A stretch of 64,000 bases of DNA from positions 264,150-328,149 of IMG/VR virus record IMGVR_UViG_3300020477_000990. One strand, given 5' to 3'. Shown here in pieces: positions 42,805-51,498 of the stretch. The notes beneath the pieces are model-generated. The model was not told the DNA's origin, searched no databases, and worked only from the letters and a program-made list of their open reading frames with translations. The position numbers were made by a program, and so were the translations under genes. The stretch's first letter is position 1. Each line of letters begins with the position of its first letter.

Positions 42805-43053
42805 ATGGTCGACAGCAAAATAGTAAATTTAGATAAAATCCGGAAAACAAGAAAAAGAAAAAGTCCAAGTAAAACTTCAAAAGCATTTGATCTTGGTGAT
42901 TTATTAAAATGTGATCTCGAGAAAGCTAGAAAAATGCTAGAAAGTGTTTTTCCAGGACACAATATATTAGAAGTTATAGATGATGGTAAGAAGAGATTAT
43001 TAATTAGAGGTCCAAAGTTAAATTGTGTGTTGACAGCGAGGGAAGATTTATGA
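42805..43053 (+). CDS. hypothetical protein (leaderless start)
   Basis: TTGATT-N17-TATTAT at 42770-42798; ATG 6 nt later. Confidence 0.55.
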   Translation: MVDSKIVNLDKIRKTRKRKSPSKTSKAFDLGDLLKCDLEKARKMLESVFPGHNILEVIDDGKKRLLIRGPKLNCVLTAREDL

Positions 43054-44060
43054 AAAAAATAGTATGTTTAGGGACTAGTCATACTTATGGTGGAGCAAAT
43101 GAACGAAACTATACATTTGATGAAGCATGGCCAGGACAGTTAAGTAAGTATCTTAAAGACAATGGTGTTGATAATTATGTTTATAACGGAGGTGAAAGTT
43201 CTTTTTCATCTTTCTTCTATCCAACTAAAATTATAAATTTTTATAATGAATATAAACCAGATATGTTTGTTATTGAAGTACCTGATACAGATAAAGTTGA
43301 TATTGAAATATCAAGTGCTATTACAGGGCATTATATTAAAAAGCATGGCGGAAGAGATAGTAAGCCGTATCATCCAATTTATGCAAGGCAAAGAGTACTA
43401 ACACAAGATTGGGAACGTGGAGAACAATATAATTGGCCCAATAGAAAAAGTATATCTAAAGGTGAAGCAGTAGATTTTTATCATGGAGCAGACACTACAG
43501 TAAAAATTAAAGAATTTTTTAAAGGTGAAACAGGAAGAGCAGTAAAAGAATTTTATGAAAGTGCTAGTTTAGGTGATCATGAAAGAGATAATGTTAAAAG
43601 AAAATTTAATGAGTTATACACAGCCTTAGGAAGAAATGATGAAAATTTTAAAGCAATGCTGGCTTATTGTTATTTTCATTCAGTATTCATAGATATGAGT
43701 GACTTTGAAGTATCTTGTTATCTTGCAAATTTAATGAATATAATTAATACTTTAAAAATGTTGAATGTTAAATTTTCGTTGCATTCACACGTAAACAGAC
43801 AGCATTGGTTAGATCATTTTATATATAAAGAAACATATGAGCCAATTATTAATAAACCAGACTATTGGATGACAGGTGATATGGATTGGTCTGTAAAAAA
43901 ATGGGCAATAGATAAATGCACGTCAAATAATCGTAGTGATAAAGAAGCACAAGAAGAATGGGAGAAAATGAAATCAGATAAAGTTCATTTTCATCCATGG
44001 GTTTATACAATGCTTATTGATGAAGTGTTTGGACCAGAAATATTAAGAAAGTTAAAATAA
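43050..44060 (+). CDS. SGNH/GDSL hydrolase-like protein
   Basis: CLGTSHTYG block I and C-terminal DKVH. Confidence 0.55.
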   Translation: MKKIVCLGTSHTYGGANERNYTFDEAWPGQLSKYLKDNGVDNYVYNGGESSFSSFFYPTKIINFYNEYKPDMFVIEVPDTDKVDIEISSAITGHYIKKHGGRDSKPYHPIYARQRVLTQDWERGEQYNWPNRKSISKGEAVDFYHGADTTVKIKEFFKGETGRAVKEFYESASLGDHERDNVKRKFNELYTALGRNDENFKAMLAYCYFHSVFIDMSDFEVSCYLANLMNIINTLKMLNVKFSLHSHVNRQHWLDHFIYKETYEPIINKPDYWMTGDMDWSVKKWAIDKCTSNNRSDKEAQEEWEKMKSDKVHFHPWVYTMLIDEVFGPEILRKLK

Positions 44061-45112
44061 TGAGAATTAATAACGAACCAAAATTAAATTTTGAAGACGT
44101 TTTATTACAGCCAAAACGTTCTACACTACAATCACGTAAAGATGTTGATATGATGCGTAAATTTACTTTTCGAAATTCAAAAAAAGTATTAAGTTTTTTA
44201 CCTATTTTTGCAAGTAATATGGATGGTGTTGGTACATTTAGTATGGCAAAAGTATTACAAGAATATAAAATGATGACAGTAATAACAAAAACTACTACTC
44301 CAGATCAATGGAAAGAAGCAGTAGGGTCAGGATTAAGATTACAATCAGTTGCAGTATGTACTGGTACAAATAAAATGTTTGATGATGAAGCAGAAGATTA
44401 TACTAGTATGCAACGAGTATTAGATAGTTTTCCTGATATTAAATTTATTTGTATTGATGTTGCCAATGCTTATCATCAAAATATGGTTGGGTTTGTAAAA
44501 AAAGTAAGAGAAGAATATCCAGATAAAGTTATTATAGCAGGTAACGTAGTTACACCTGAAATGACAGAAGAATTAATTATTAGTGGTGCTGATGTAGTTA
44601 AAATTGGAATAGGACCAGGTAGTGTTTGTACAACAAGAACAATGGCTGGTGTAGGAGTTCCACAATTTTCAGCAATACTAGAATGTGCAGATGCGGCCAA
44701 TGGTGTTGATGGACACATAATGGCAGATGGCGGATGTACAACACCTGGTGATATTGCAAAAGCATTAGGTGGAGGTGCCCATATGGTAATGATCGGCGGT
44801 ATGTTAGCAGGGCATGATGAATCAGAAATCCCATCTACTGATGGGAAACGAGAATTCTACGGTATGAGTTCAGATCGTGCAAGAGAAGTACACGGTAAAA
44901 GAAAAGATGGCTATAGAGGTAATGAAGGAAGATTAATTCATTTACCTGATAGAGGTCCAGTTAAAGATACAGTAGAAGATATACTTGGGGGTGTAAGAAG
45001 TGCTTGTACATATATTGGAGCAAGAAGATTAAAAGATATGCCTAAATGTGCTACCTTTGTTACAACTCAAAATATAATTAACAGGGTATACGAAAACTAT
45101 ACTCAAAAATAA
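44060..45112 (+). CDS. guaC: GMP reductase
   Basis: DVLLQPKRSTL, NMDGVG, GIGPGSVCTTR, FYGMSS, GGVRSACTY. Confidence 0.95.
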   Translation: MRINNEPKLNFEDVLLQPKRSTLQSRKDVDMMRKFTFRNSKKVLSFLPIFASNMDGVGTFSMAKVLQEYKMMTVITKTTTPDQWKEAVGSGLRLQSVAVCTGTNKMFDDEAEDYTSMQRVLDSFPDIKFICIDVANAYHQNMVGFVKKVREEYPDKVIIAGNVVTPEMTEELIISGADVVKIGIGPGSVCTTRTMAGVGVPQFSAILECADAANGVDGHIMADGGCTTPGDIAKALGGGAHMVMIGGMLAGHDESEIPSTDGKREFYGMSSDRAREVHGKRKDGYRGNEGRLIHLPDRGPVKDTVEDILGGVRSACTYIGARRLKDMPKCATFVTTQNIINRVYENYTQK

Positions 45113-45124
45113 TTAGGGGGGTGT

Positions 45125-46060
45125 ATGAAAATAATCGCCGGGCAAAGTAATAGAAATTTAGCAGAATCTATTGCAGAGCATTGTTTTACTAGTTTAGTTC
45201 CTGCTAACATTGGAACATTTGCAGACGGCGAATGTTCAGTTGAATTATTAGAGAATGTTCGAGGAGAAGATTGTTTTATAATTCAATCAACAAGTTCACC
45301 AGTTAATGATAATTTAATGGAATTGTTAATTATGATTGACACACTTAAAAGAGCATCAGCGAAACGTATTACAGCAGTTATGCCATATTTTGGTTATGCA
45401 AGGCAAGATAGAAAGAGTGCATCACGTACTCCTATTACGGCAAGATTAGTTGCTAACTTATTAACTGAAGCAGGTGCAAATAGAATTTTAACAATGGATC
45501 TTCATGCTGGGCAGATACAAGGATTTTTTAATATACCTGTTGATGATTTAACATCTAGATTATTGTTTGTAAAAGATATTAAAAGGAAATTGCAAGATGA
45601 AGCAACTAAAACAGTTTTTGTATCACCAGATGCAGGAGGAGTTGTAAGGGCAAGAAAATTTGCAGATGCATTTAGTGGCATGATTGCAATTGTTGATAAA
45701 AGAAGATCAAGACCAGGTGTTAGTGAAGCTATGCACGTTATTGGTAATGTAAGAGATAAACACGCAATATTAGTTGATGATATGGTAGACTCAGGCGGCA
45801 CACTTTGTAATGCGGCAAAAATATTATTGGCCAAAGGTGCGTTAAGTGTAAGAGCATATATTACTCATGGAGTATTAACAAATGATTCTTGTAAAAAAAT
45901 TCAGGATAGTGATTTAAAAGAATTGGTTATAACAGATTCTATAAAATATAATTGTCCTCCAGAAATTACAAAAATTAAAATAGTATCAATTGATAAATTG
46001 TTTGGAGAAGCTCTTAGAAGAGTAACAAATGAGGAATCAGTAAGTACCTTATTTTCTTAA
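45125..46060 (+). CDS. prs: ribose-phosphate pyrophosphokinase
   Basis: [33 protein letters not shown]. Confidence 0.96.
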   Translation: MKIIAGQSNRNLAESIAEHCFTSLVPANIGTFADGECSVELLENVRGEDCFIIQSTSSPVNDNLMELLIMIDTLKRASAKRITAVMPYFGYARQDRKSASRTPITARLVANLLTEAGANRILTMDLHAGQIQGFFNIPVDDLTSRLLFVKDIKRKLQDEATKTVFVSPDAGGVVRARKFADAFSGMIAIVDKRRSRPGVSEAMHVIGNVRDKHAILVDDMVDSGGTLCNAAKILLAKGALSVRAYITHGVLTNDSCKKIQDSDLKELVITDSIKYNCPPEITKIKIVSIDKLFGEALRRVTNEESVSTLFS

Positions 46061-46100
46061 ATTATAGACTAAATAGTTGTATACTTTCAAAGGTACAACT

Positions 46101-46367
46101 ATGTCTATTAAAAACAAAGCAAAAGAGGATCTTGAAATAATTGATATTACCTTATTGTTAAGGCAAAGGCGATGTCGAGATTCGATAGATGAAGAATTAC
46201 AAAAAATGCAGATGTATGATTCCTATTATGGAGATGCGGACATTATATTAGAAGGTAAGATATATCGTTTACAGCCATTTGTAATTCATAGAAGAACAGG
46301 TAAAAGAATAGATGTATTGTATAATGAAGATACACACAAAGTCGAAGCTCATATTATTCCGCAGTAG
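46101..46367 (+). CDS. hypothetical protein (3' end overlaps tRNA-Asn)
   Basis: ORF after TAAATA at about 46070; the stop codon lies inside the tRNA. Confidence 0.5.
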   Translation: MSIKNKAKEDLEIIDITLLLRQRRCRDSIDEELQKMQMYDSYYGDADIILEGKIYRLQPFVIHRRTGKRIDVLYNEDTHKVEAHIIPQ

Positions 46368-46433
46368 CTCAGTTGGTAGAGCAGTTGACTGTTAATCAAT
46401 TGGTCGCAGGTTCGAGTCCTGCCTGCGGAGCCA
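46358..46433 (+). tRNA. tRNA-Asn(GTT)
   Basis: Arm GTTGA-CTGTTAA-TCAAT; CCA encoded. Confidence 0.95.
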
Positions 46434-46450
46434 GTTAAGATATTATTAAA

Positions 46451-46717
46451 ATGTATAGAAGAAAGCAGTTTAAAAAACATAAGAAACATCCTAGTGAATT
46501 TAAAAAAACTAGTTACAATCGTACTGGCGATTTTAAGCATAATAATAATGGTTATAATAAAGTACGTAGTTTATCAAAAAATTCAAAATATCAAAGACTA
46601 TCACAGATAGATAAAGAGTTAGCAGATATTGTATTTGAACCAGAATATAGAGCTGGTGACAGATATGATAAATTATTGCTAGAACGTTGGCGATTACGTT
46701 ACGAATTAGGCCTCTAA
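46451..46717 (+). CDS. basic hypothetical protein
   Basis: 88 aa, K/R-rich N-terminus. Confidence 0.5.
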   Translation: MYRRKQFKKHKKHPSEFKKTSYNRTGDFKHNNNGYNKVRSLSKNSKYQRLSQIDKELADIVFEPEYRAGDRYDKLLLERWRLRYELGL

Positions 46718-46766
46718 AAACTATATATATAATAGAAAAAGCATAAATATTAAAAAGTACATATAT

Positions 46767-46829
46767 TTCTATGACTTGGGCGTAAGCCCGGACAGTCCAA
46801 TTAGTTGGATACGAAGGGCTGACATGGAG
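46767..46829 (+). ncRNA. structured 5' leader (three-way junction sequestering SD)
   Basis: UUCUAUG/CAUGGAG outer stem, GGGC-GUAA-GCCC hairpin, CAGUCC/GGGCUG stem; GC-rich island after TAAATA at 46744. Confidence 0.55.
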
Positions 46830-46834
46830 ACAAA

Positions 46835-48031
46835 ATGGCAGTAGTTTATAATTTAAAAGGGACATCAAATCCTTATTTTAAAATCGGTAAAAGTGGGTCT
46901 ACCCTATTTCAGGGTACGTCAGATCCTTCAGGTTCATATACTGTAGCAAATGGTGACGTTTGGTTTGATACATCAAATGGTACATTAAAATTTAGATCTT
47001 CAGGTTCATGGTCAGGTATTACAACAGCATCAGATTTAAATGTAACTGGTAATTTAACAGTTAGTGGTACTACAACTACAGTAAATTCTACAACAATTGA
47101 TGTACAAAATTCTATAAGATTTGAAGGTGCTTCAGCAGATGAATACGAAACTATATTAACAGTTGAAGATCCAACAGCAGACAGAACAGTTACGATACCA
47201 AATGCTACAACAACACTAGTAGGTACGGATACTACACAAACACTTACAAATAAAACATTTACAAATCCAACGATCAACAGCAGAAGTCTTACTGGTACTG
47301 TAGTTGGAACAACAACAGCAGACACATTAACAAATAAAACTTTATCAGCTGGAATATTAACAGGAAATACAGTTTTAAGTGGTACAAATGATTTAATTGG
47401 TCTTAGTGGATATACTGGAAACTATTTCTTGCAATTCCAATCAGGAATAACAGTATTATCTGGAGGAGTTGGTACAAGTCAAGGTGTAGATCTTAGAGGA
47501 TCAGGAGTAGTAAGATTGCTAACTGGTGGATCAGTTAGAGTTCATATTGATGATAGTGGTAATGTTGGTATTGGTACTGTTTCTCCAGATCATCCATTAG
47601 ATGTAGCTGGTAATATAGGAACAACAGGTAGTATAGTATTTGAAGGTGCTACAGCAGATGCACATGAAACAACTTTATCAGTAACTGACCCAACACAAGA
47701 TAATACAATTACATTACCAGATGAAACTGGTACAGTTGTAACTAAATCTTCTACTACAGGTGCTATTACAATGCCAGTTGGAACTACAGCACAAAGACCT
47801 GGAACTCCAGCAACAGGCATGATTAGGTTTAATACTGATATAGATTATTTTGAAGGCTACAATGGAGTAAGTTGGGTTAAACTTGGACACTCTACTCCAA
47901 CTGGTGACACACGTGATTATGGTGCTATTACAGATACATCGAAAGTATCTGAAGTTGATTATGGTGCTATTACAGATACAGATGCTACAGAAACAGAATA
48001 TGGTTCTGTAACTGATGACGATGAAGTGTAG
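46835..48031 (+). CDS. fibre/virion structural protein
   Basis: G/T/S-rich; GNLTVSGTTTTVNST, TQTLTNKT, GNVGIGT and GTTAQRP..GMIRFN..FEGY motifs typical of phage fibres. Confidence 0.75.
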   Translation: MAVVYNLKGTSNPYFKIGKSGSTLFQGTSDPSGSYTVANGDVWFDTSNGTLKFRSSGSWSGITTASDLNVTGNLTVSGTTTTVNSTTIDVQNSIRFEGASADEYETILTVEDPTADRTVTIPNATTTLVGTDTTQTLTNKTFTNPTINSRSLTGTVVGTTTADTLTNKTLSAGILTGNTVLSGTNDLIGLSGYTGNYFLQFQSGITVLSGGVGTSQGVDLRGSGVVRLLTGGSVRVHIDDSGNVGIGTVSPDHPLDVAGNIGTTGSIVFEGATADAHETTLSVTDPTQDNTITLPDETGTVVTKSSTTGAITMPVGTTAQRPGTPATGMIRFNTDIDYFEGYNGVSWVKLGHSTPTGDTRDYGAITDTSKVSEVDYGAITDTDATETEYGSVTDDDEV

Positions 48032-48270
48032 TCAACTTTAGTTAATTTTGGCCAAATTTCACTAATTTTAAGTTATAATATAAACACATATATTGCGTCT
48101 AATTGCGCCGTTAATCCTATTTTAAGGCGTCTTGTAGCTTGATTAACACGCAATTTATCCAAATACTGCACTTGATATAATAGTTTTTAATGGTTTAAAC
48201 ACATGGCCTTAAATATAAAGGAGTTGCATAGACTCACACATACGCGAGGACTTTTAAAAGGAGATTACTT

Positions 48271-48495
48271 ATGTGGGATAAAGTTATTAATGGCGTTAAG
48301 AAATTAACTGAAGTAGGAATTACGTTAATTTCATTTGGCGTTGTATTACAGGTGTTATTTGGTGACAAACTAATTGGGTTTTATGACCTTGATGTAGTTG
48401 CTAATATCATTAATATCGTAAATCAAATCGGTAGCCAAGGTCTTGTAGGCCTTGTAGCTTTATGGATCCTTTGGTGGATTTTTACTAAGAGATAA
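48271..48495 (+). CDS. small two-helix membrane protein (paralogue of 58937)
   Basis: LTEV...VLQV.FG...DVV.N...GLVGLVA; SD AAGGAG. Confidence 0.75.
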   Translation: MWDKVINGVKKLTEVGITLISFGVVLQVLFGDKLIGFYDLDVVANIINIVNQIGSQGLVGLVALWILWWIFTKR

Positions 48496-48522
48496 ATTCC
48501 GTAGAATTAAACTGTAAATGAT

Positions 48523-48559
48523 AAAAGGTGCTCCGGGCTTACTTCTGGGCACCTTTTTT
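48523..48559 (+). terminator. rho-independent terminator
   Basis: AAAAGGTGCTC...GGGCACCTTTTTT. Confidence 0.8.
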
Positions 48560-48606
48560 CTTGATAGATAAATACAATTATATTAACGTTAATAGGAGAT
48601 TCTACT

Positions 48607-48870
48607 ATGTGGGATTTAATAAAATATGAAATACCTGAAATGCTAGACAACTGGAGAGTAATTCCAAGATTGTTAATTTTCTTATATGCAGTAGTATTTT
48701 ACCAAACAATGAGTTGGTTTATGTTGCTAGAGAATCCAAACAATGCACAGGCAGGATTTGTATCAGTAATAGTTGGTGCAGGTGCGGCATGGTTTGGTTT
48801 ATATGTAAATTCAGGAACAGGTAAAAAAGTAAGATTTGAAACAACAAATAGAGGTAGTAAAAGTAGCTAA
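48607..48870 (+). CDS. small two-TM protein (holin-like topology)
   Basis: WRVIPRL...QAGFVSVIVGAGAAWFGLY. Confidence 0.6.
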   Translation: MWDLIKYEIPEMLDNWRVIPRLLIFLYAVVFYQTMSWFMLLENPNNAQAGFVSVIVGAGAAWFGLYVNSGTGKKVRFETTNRGSKSS

Positions 48871-49307
48871 TGTCACCAGATCTTAACACATTATCGATGG
48901 ATTTAACAGGTATGCTATTACCTTGGATTATAGTATTAATATCTTTGGTGATAGCTGTTTGGTTTAAAGATTTTGCTACAGGTTTAGCAAAAGGTTTAGC
49001 ATTTAAATATGATCCGGCATTTAAAGAAGGCGATGAGGTTATATTAGATGGATGTACAGCAATGATTGTTAAGATTGGGTCAAGGCAAACTGTATTTGGA
49101 TTATATTCGGAAAGAGGTTATACTTGGAGATATGTTCCAAATGAAAGAATACCATATTTAAAACTTGAAAAAGTTGTTAAAAAAGATTTACATATAGACT
49201 CAGAAGAAGAAAAAGCAGAAAAGCTAAAAACAATTATTGATAAAATACAAGATAAGCAAATTCAAGAAAATAAAGATGCAATTGAAAGAATAAAGGTTAA
49301 AAAGTAA
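48870..49307 (+). CDS. MscS-like mechanosensitive channel domain protein
   Basis: TM segment plus FKEGDEVILDG...VPNE beta-domain. Confidence 0.6.
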   Translation: MSPDLNTLSMDLTGMLLPWIIVLISLVIAVWFKDFATGLAKGLAFKYDPAFKEGDEVILDGCTAMIVKIGSRQTVFGLYSERGYTWRYVPNERIPYLKLEKVVKKDLHIDSEEEKAEKLKTIIDKIQDKQIQENKDAIERIKVKK

Positions 49308-49678
49308 TGAGACCATACCAACATCATATTAGATTGTATGTAAATGAAGAATTGCCAAGAGAAGCAATTGTTGTAGTTTATAAAACAGTTGAGTTAGTTG
49401 TTCCTGAAGGAGTATTAAGAGCTCACGTAAGATTTAATAAAGAACCAACTGATGTGTTATATCATATTAAAGATGGACGTCATGCATATGATATGCCTAC
49501 AACAAGAGATTTAACACCAGAAGAAACAGAAACATTGTTTATTGCTTTAGATATGGTTATGAGCATTGACTTTGATATAGAATCTACCACACCTGTAGTT
49601 GGAAAATTAGGTGATCCAGAAAAAGATGCTATTGAAGTTGGCATCGACGCTTATAATAAAGCATTACAATCTAACTAA
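49307..49678 (+). CDS. hypothetical protein
   Basis: Coupled ORF. Confidence 0.55.
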   Translation: MRPYQHHIRLYVNEELPREAIVVVYKTVELVVPEGVLRAHVRFNKEPTDVLYHIKDGRHAYDMPTTRDLTPEETETLFIALDMVMSIDFDIESTTPVVGKLGDPEKDAIEVGIDAYNKALQSN

Positions 49679-49723
49679 AAATAATCCTCTTTACAAATAA
49701 TTTATTTGTGCTATAATACAATT

Positions 49724-50302
49724 ATGGATTTAATGATCGATTTAGAAACCCTGTCTACATCAAACAATGCCGCTATTGTAACAATGGCCGCTATTAAGTT
49801 TGATCCACACGCAAACTATAGTGGAATTAAAGTAGAACAATTGCCACCAAATCAAGTTTTTTATAGAAGAATTGATTTAGATTCTTGTATAAAAATTGGT
49901 TTAGTTACTAACGAGCAAACTATTCAATGGTGGGGAACACAACCAAAAGAAGCACAAGACGAAGCATTTGGTGAAGGTAATAGAATTAGTATAGAAGAAG
50001 CCATGCGTGAATTAAACAAGTTTACATTTGGAATGAAAAAGCCTTGGAGTCATGGATCATGTTTTGATTTAATGATTATTGAAGAAGTTTGTAAACGGTT
50101 AGAGCTAGGAGTACGTTGGAAGTTTTATGACATACGTGATACTAGAACATTATTTGACCTAGGAATTGATCCTAAAATGCCAAAAGCAGATAAGCACCAT
50201 GCGTTGCACGATGCATTTAGACAAGTAGTTGGCGTACAAAATGTTATGCGTGAATTAGTCAAAAATGGTGTACCAGTTAAAAATACAGTAAAATTATTTT
50301 AA
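49724..50302 (+). CDS. 3'-5' exonuclease (DEDDh family)
   Basis: MIDLETL, WSHG..FD, RDTRT, HHALHDA; promoter TTTACA-N16-TATAAT. Confidence 0.85.
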   Translation: MDLMIDLETLSTSNNAAIVTMAAIKFDPHANYSGIKVEQLPPNQVFYRRIDLDSCIKIGLVTNEQTIQWWGTQPKEAQDEAFGEGNRISIEEAMRELNKFTFGMKKPWSHGSCFDLMIIEEVCKRLELGVRWKFYDIRDTRTLFDLGIDPKMPKADKHHALHDAFRQVVGVQNVMRELVKNGVPVKNTVKLF

Positions 50303-50334
50303 ATTTAGTTGCTGTTTGTCATATAAATATTATT

Positions 50335-50904
50335 ATGGATTGGCAACAAATACTTAAAAATAAAAAGCAGACATTCAATTGGTCTGATAAAGTTCCAGAA
50401 CGAAAAATAATTGATCAAATATTAGATGAAGTACATACATATTGTCCAAGTAAGCAAAATAATGTTCCGTACTCAATTGAAGTATTAGATTGGTCTAATC
50501 CAGCAGAACGAAATGAGATATTTAAAAATACATGGTGTGATTCAAATACACCTGAAGATAGACGGAATCCACAAGTATTGGCACCTTATTTGTTTATTTG
50601 GCGTTCTAGAGATGTAGGAAATTCTACAGATAACAGCTATTCGCAACTAGAAATTGGGTTAGCATCAATGTTTGTAGTAGCATCAGCAGTAAATTATGGA
50701 CTCGATATAGGATTTTGTGGATGTCATAATCAAGATGATATTATATTATCTGTAGGTGTTGGATATGCTGGAGTTAAAGATGGTGGAAAGTTTTGGAATC
50801 CAATATCACAAAAAGAAGAGTGGTCTCCTGGAATAGTGCCTGGAAATGATACAAATGATGGGCAAGTAAAGCCAAATAAAAGCGATTATATTAAATTTCA
50901 TTAG
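50335..50904 (+). CDS. nitroreductase-like protein
   Basis: PSKQN..PY, AP, GLDIGFCGC pattern. Confidence 0.6.
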   Translation: MDWQQILKNKKQTFNWSDKVPERKIIDQILDEVHTYCPSKQNNVPYSIEVLDWSNPAERNEIFKNTWCDSNTPEDRRNPQVLAPYLFIWRSRDVGNSTDNSYSQLEIGLASMFVVASAVNYGLDIGFCGCHNQDDIILSVGVGYAGVKDGGKFWNPISQKEEWSPGIVPGNDTNDGQVKPNKSDYIKFH

Positions 50905-50965
50905 GTTTTTAATTTTCTCTTGACAGTATAAATATGTATGTATATACATAGATTAAGGAATTGTC

Positions 50966-51352
50966 ATGACAGATAAAACATTTAAAGATTATTTGAAGCT
51001 AGTTGAAGACGGTACTCCAGAGCCAAGTGTAACACCACATGATGATCTTGGTTTAGCAGACGAGTTAGTTAATATAGCACAAAATGATCCAGATTTATAT
51101 AATAGACAGTATTTTCCAATAATCAAGAACTTATTGCGTAAAAGAGTAAAAGGAGTATATGATCATAATTTAGCTATTAAATTATGGCGTTACTTAATTG
51201 ACAATGTTGCTAAACATGATGCAGGGCATATGGCTAGACATAAATGGTCAGGTGTAGTTAGAAATTTAGCCGCAAAAGAACTTGCAGATGAAGAACTTGG
51301 TAATATGGAAAATGGTGAATATGATCATATTGATTTAAAACGAGGAGCATAA
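50966..51352 (+). CDS. putative internal head protein
   Basis: N-terminus KTFKDYLKLVE resembles T4-type capsid-targeting sequences; TATAAATA upstream. Confidence 0.5.
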   Translation: MTDKTFKDYLKLVEDGTPEPSVTPHDDLGLADELVNIAQNDPDLYNRQYFPIIKNLLRKRVKGVYDHNLAIKLWRYLIDNVAKHDAGHMARHKWSGVVRNLAAKELADEELGNMENGEYDHIDLKRGA

Positions 51353-51354
51353 TA

Positions 51355-51498
51355 ATGGCGATAAAGAGTGTAGAATCAATTATCGATCATAAGCCTAAAC
51401 GCACTAGTCAAGGTGGCAAAAAACCAAAGATGTCATCAATGAATAAAGATAAAAGAAGAACATATAAGAAATATAGAGGGCAAGGTAGAGGTAAATGA
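51355..51498 (+). CDS. 47-aa highly basic phage peptide (not in ORF track)
   Basis: MAIKSVESIIDHKPKRTSQGGKKPKMSSMNKDKRRTYKKYRGQGRGK; SD GAGGAG; ATGA overlap with the next gene. Confidence 0.75.
   Translation: MAIKSVESIIDHKPKRTSQGGKKPKMSSMNKDKRRTYKKYRGQGRGK

Noticed and set aside
45125-46060. NARP1-type NAD reconstitution operon
   Set aside because: Prs looks canonical and sits beside guaC, with no adjacent nicotinamide-transferase gene.
46349-46540. Minus-strand 63-aa ORF
   Set aside because: It is an antisense reading of tRNA-Asn.
46767-46829. Hammerhead ribozyme
   Set aside because: The three-way junction lacks the CUGAnGA and GAAA core.
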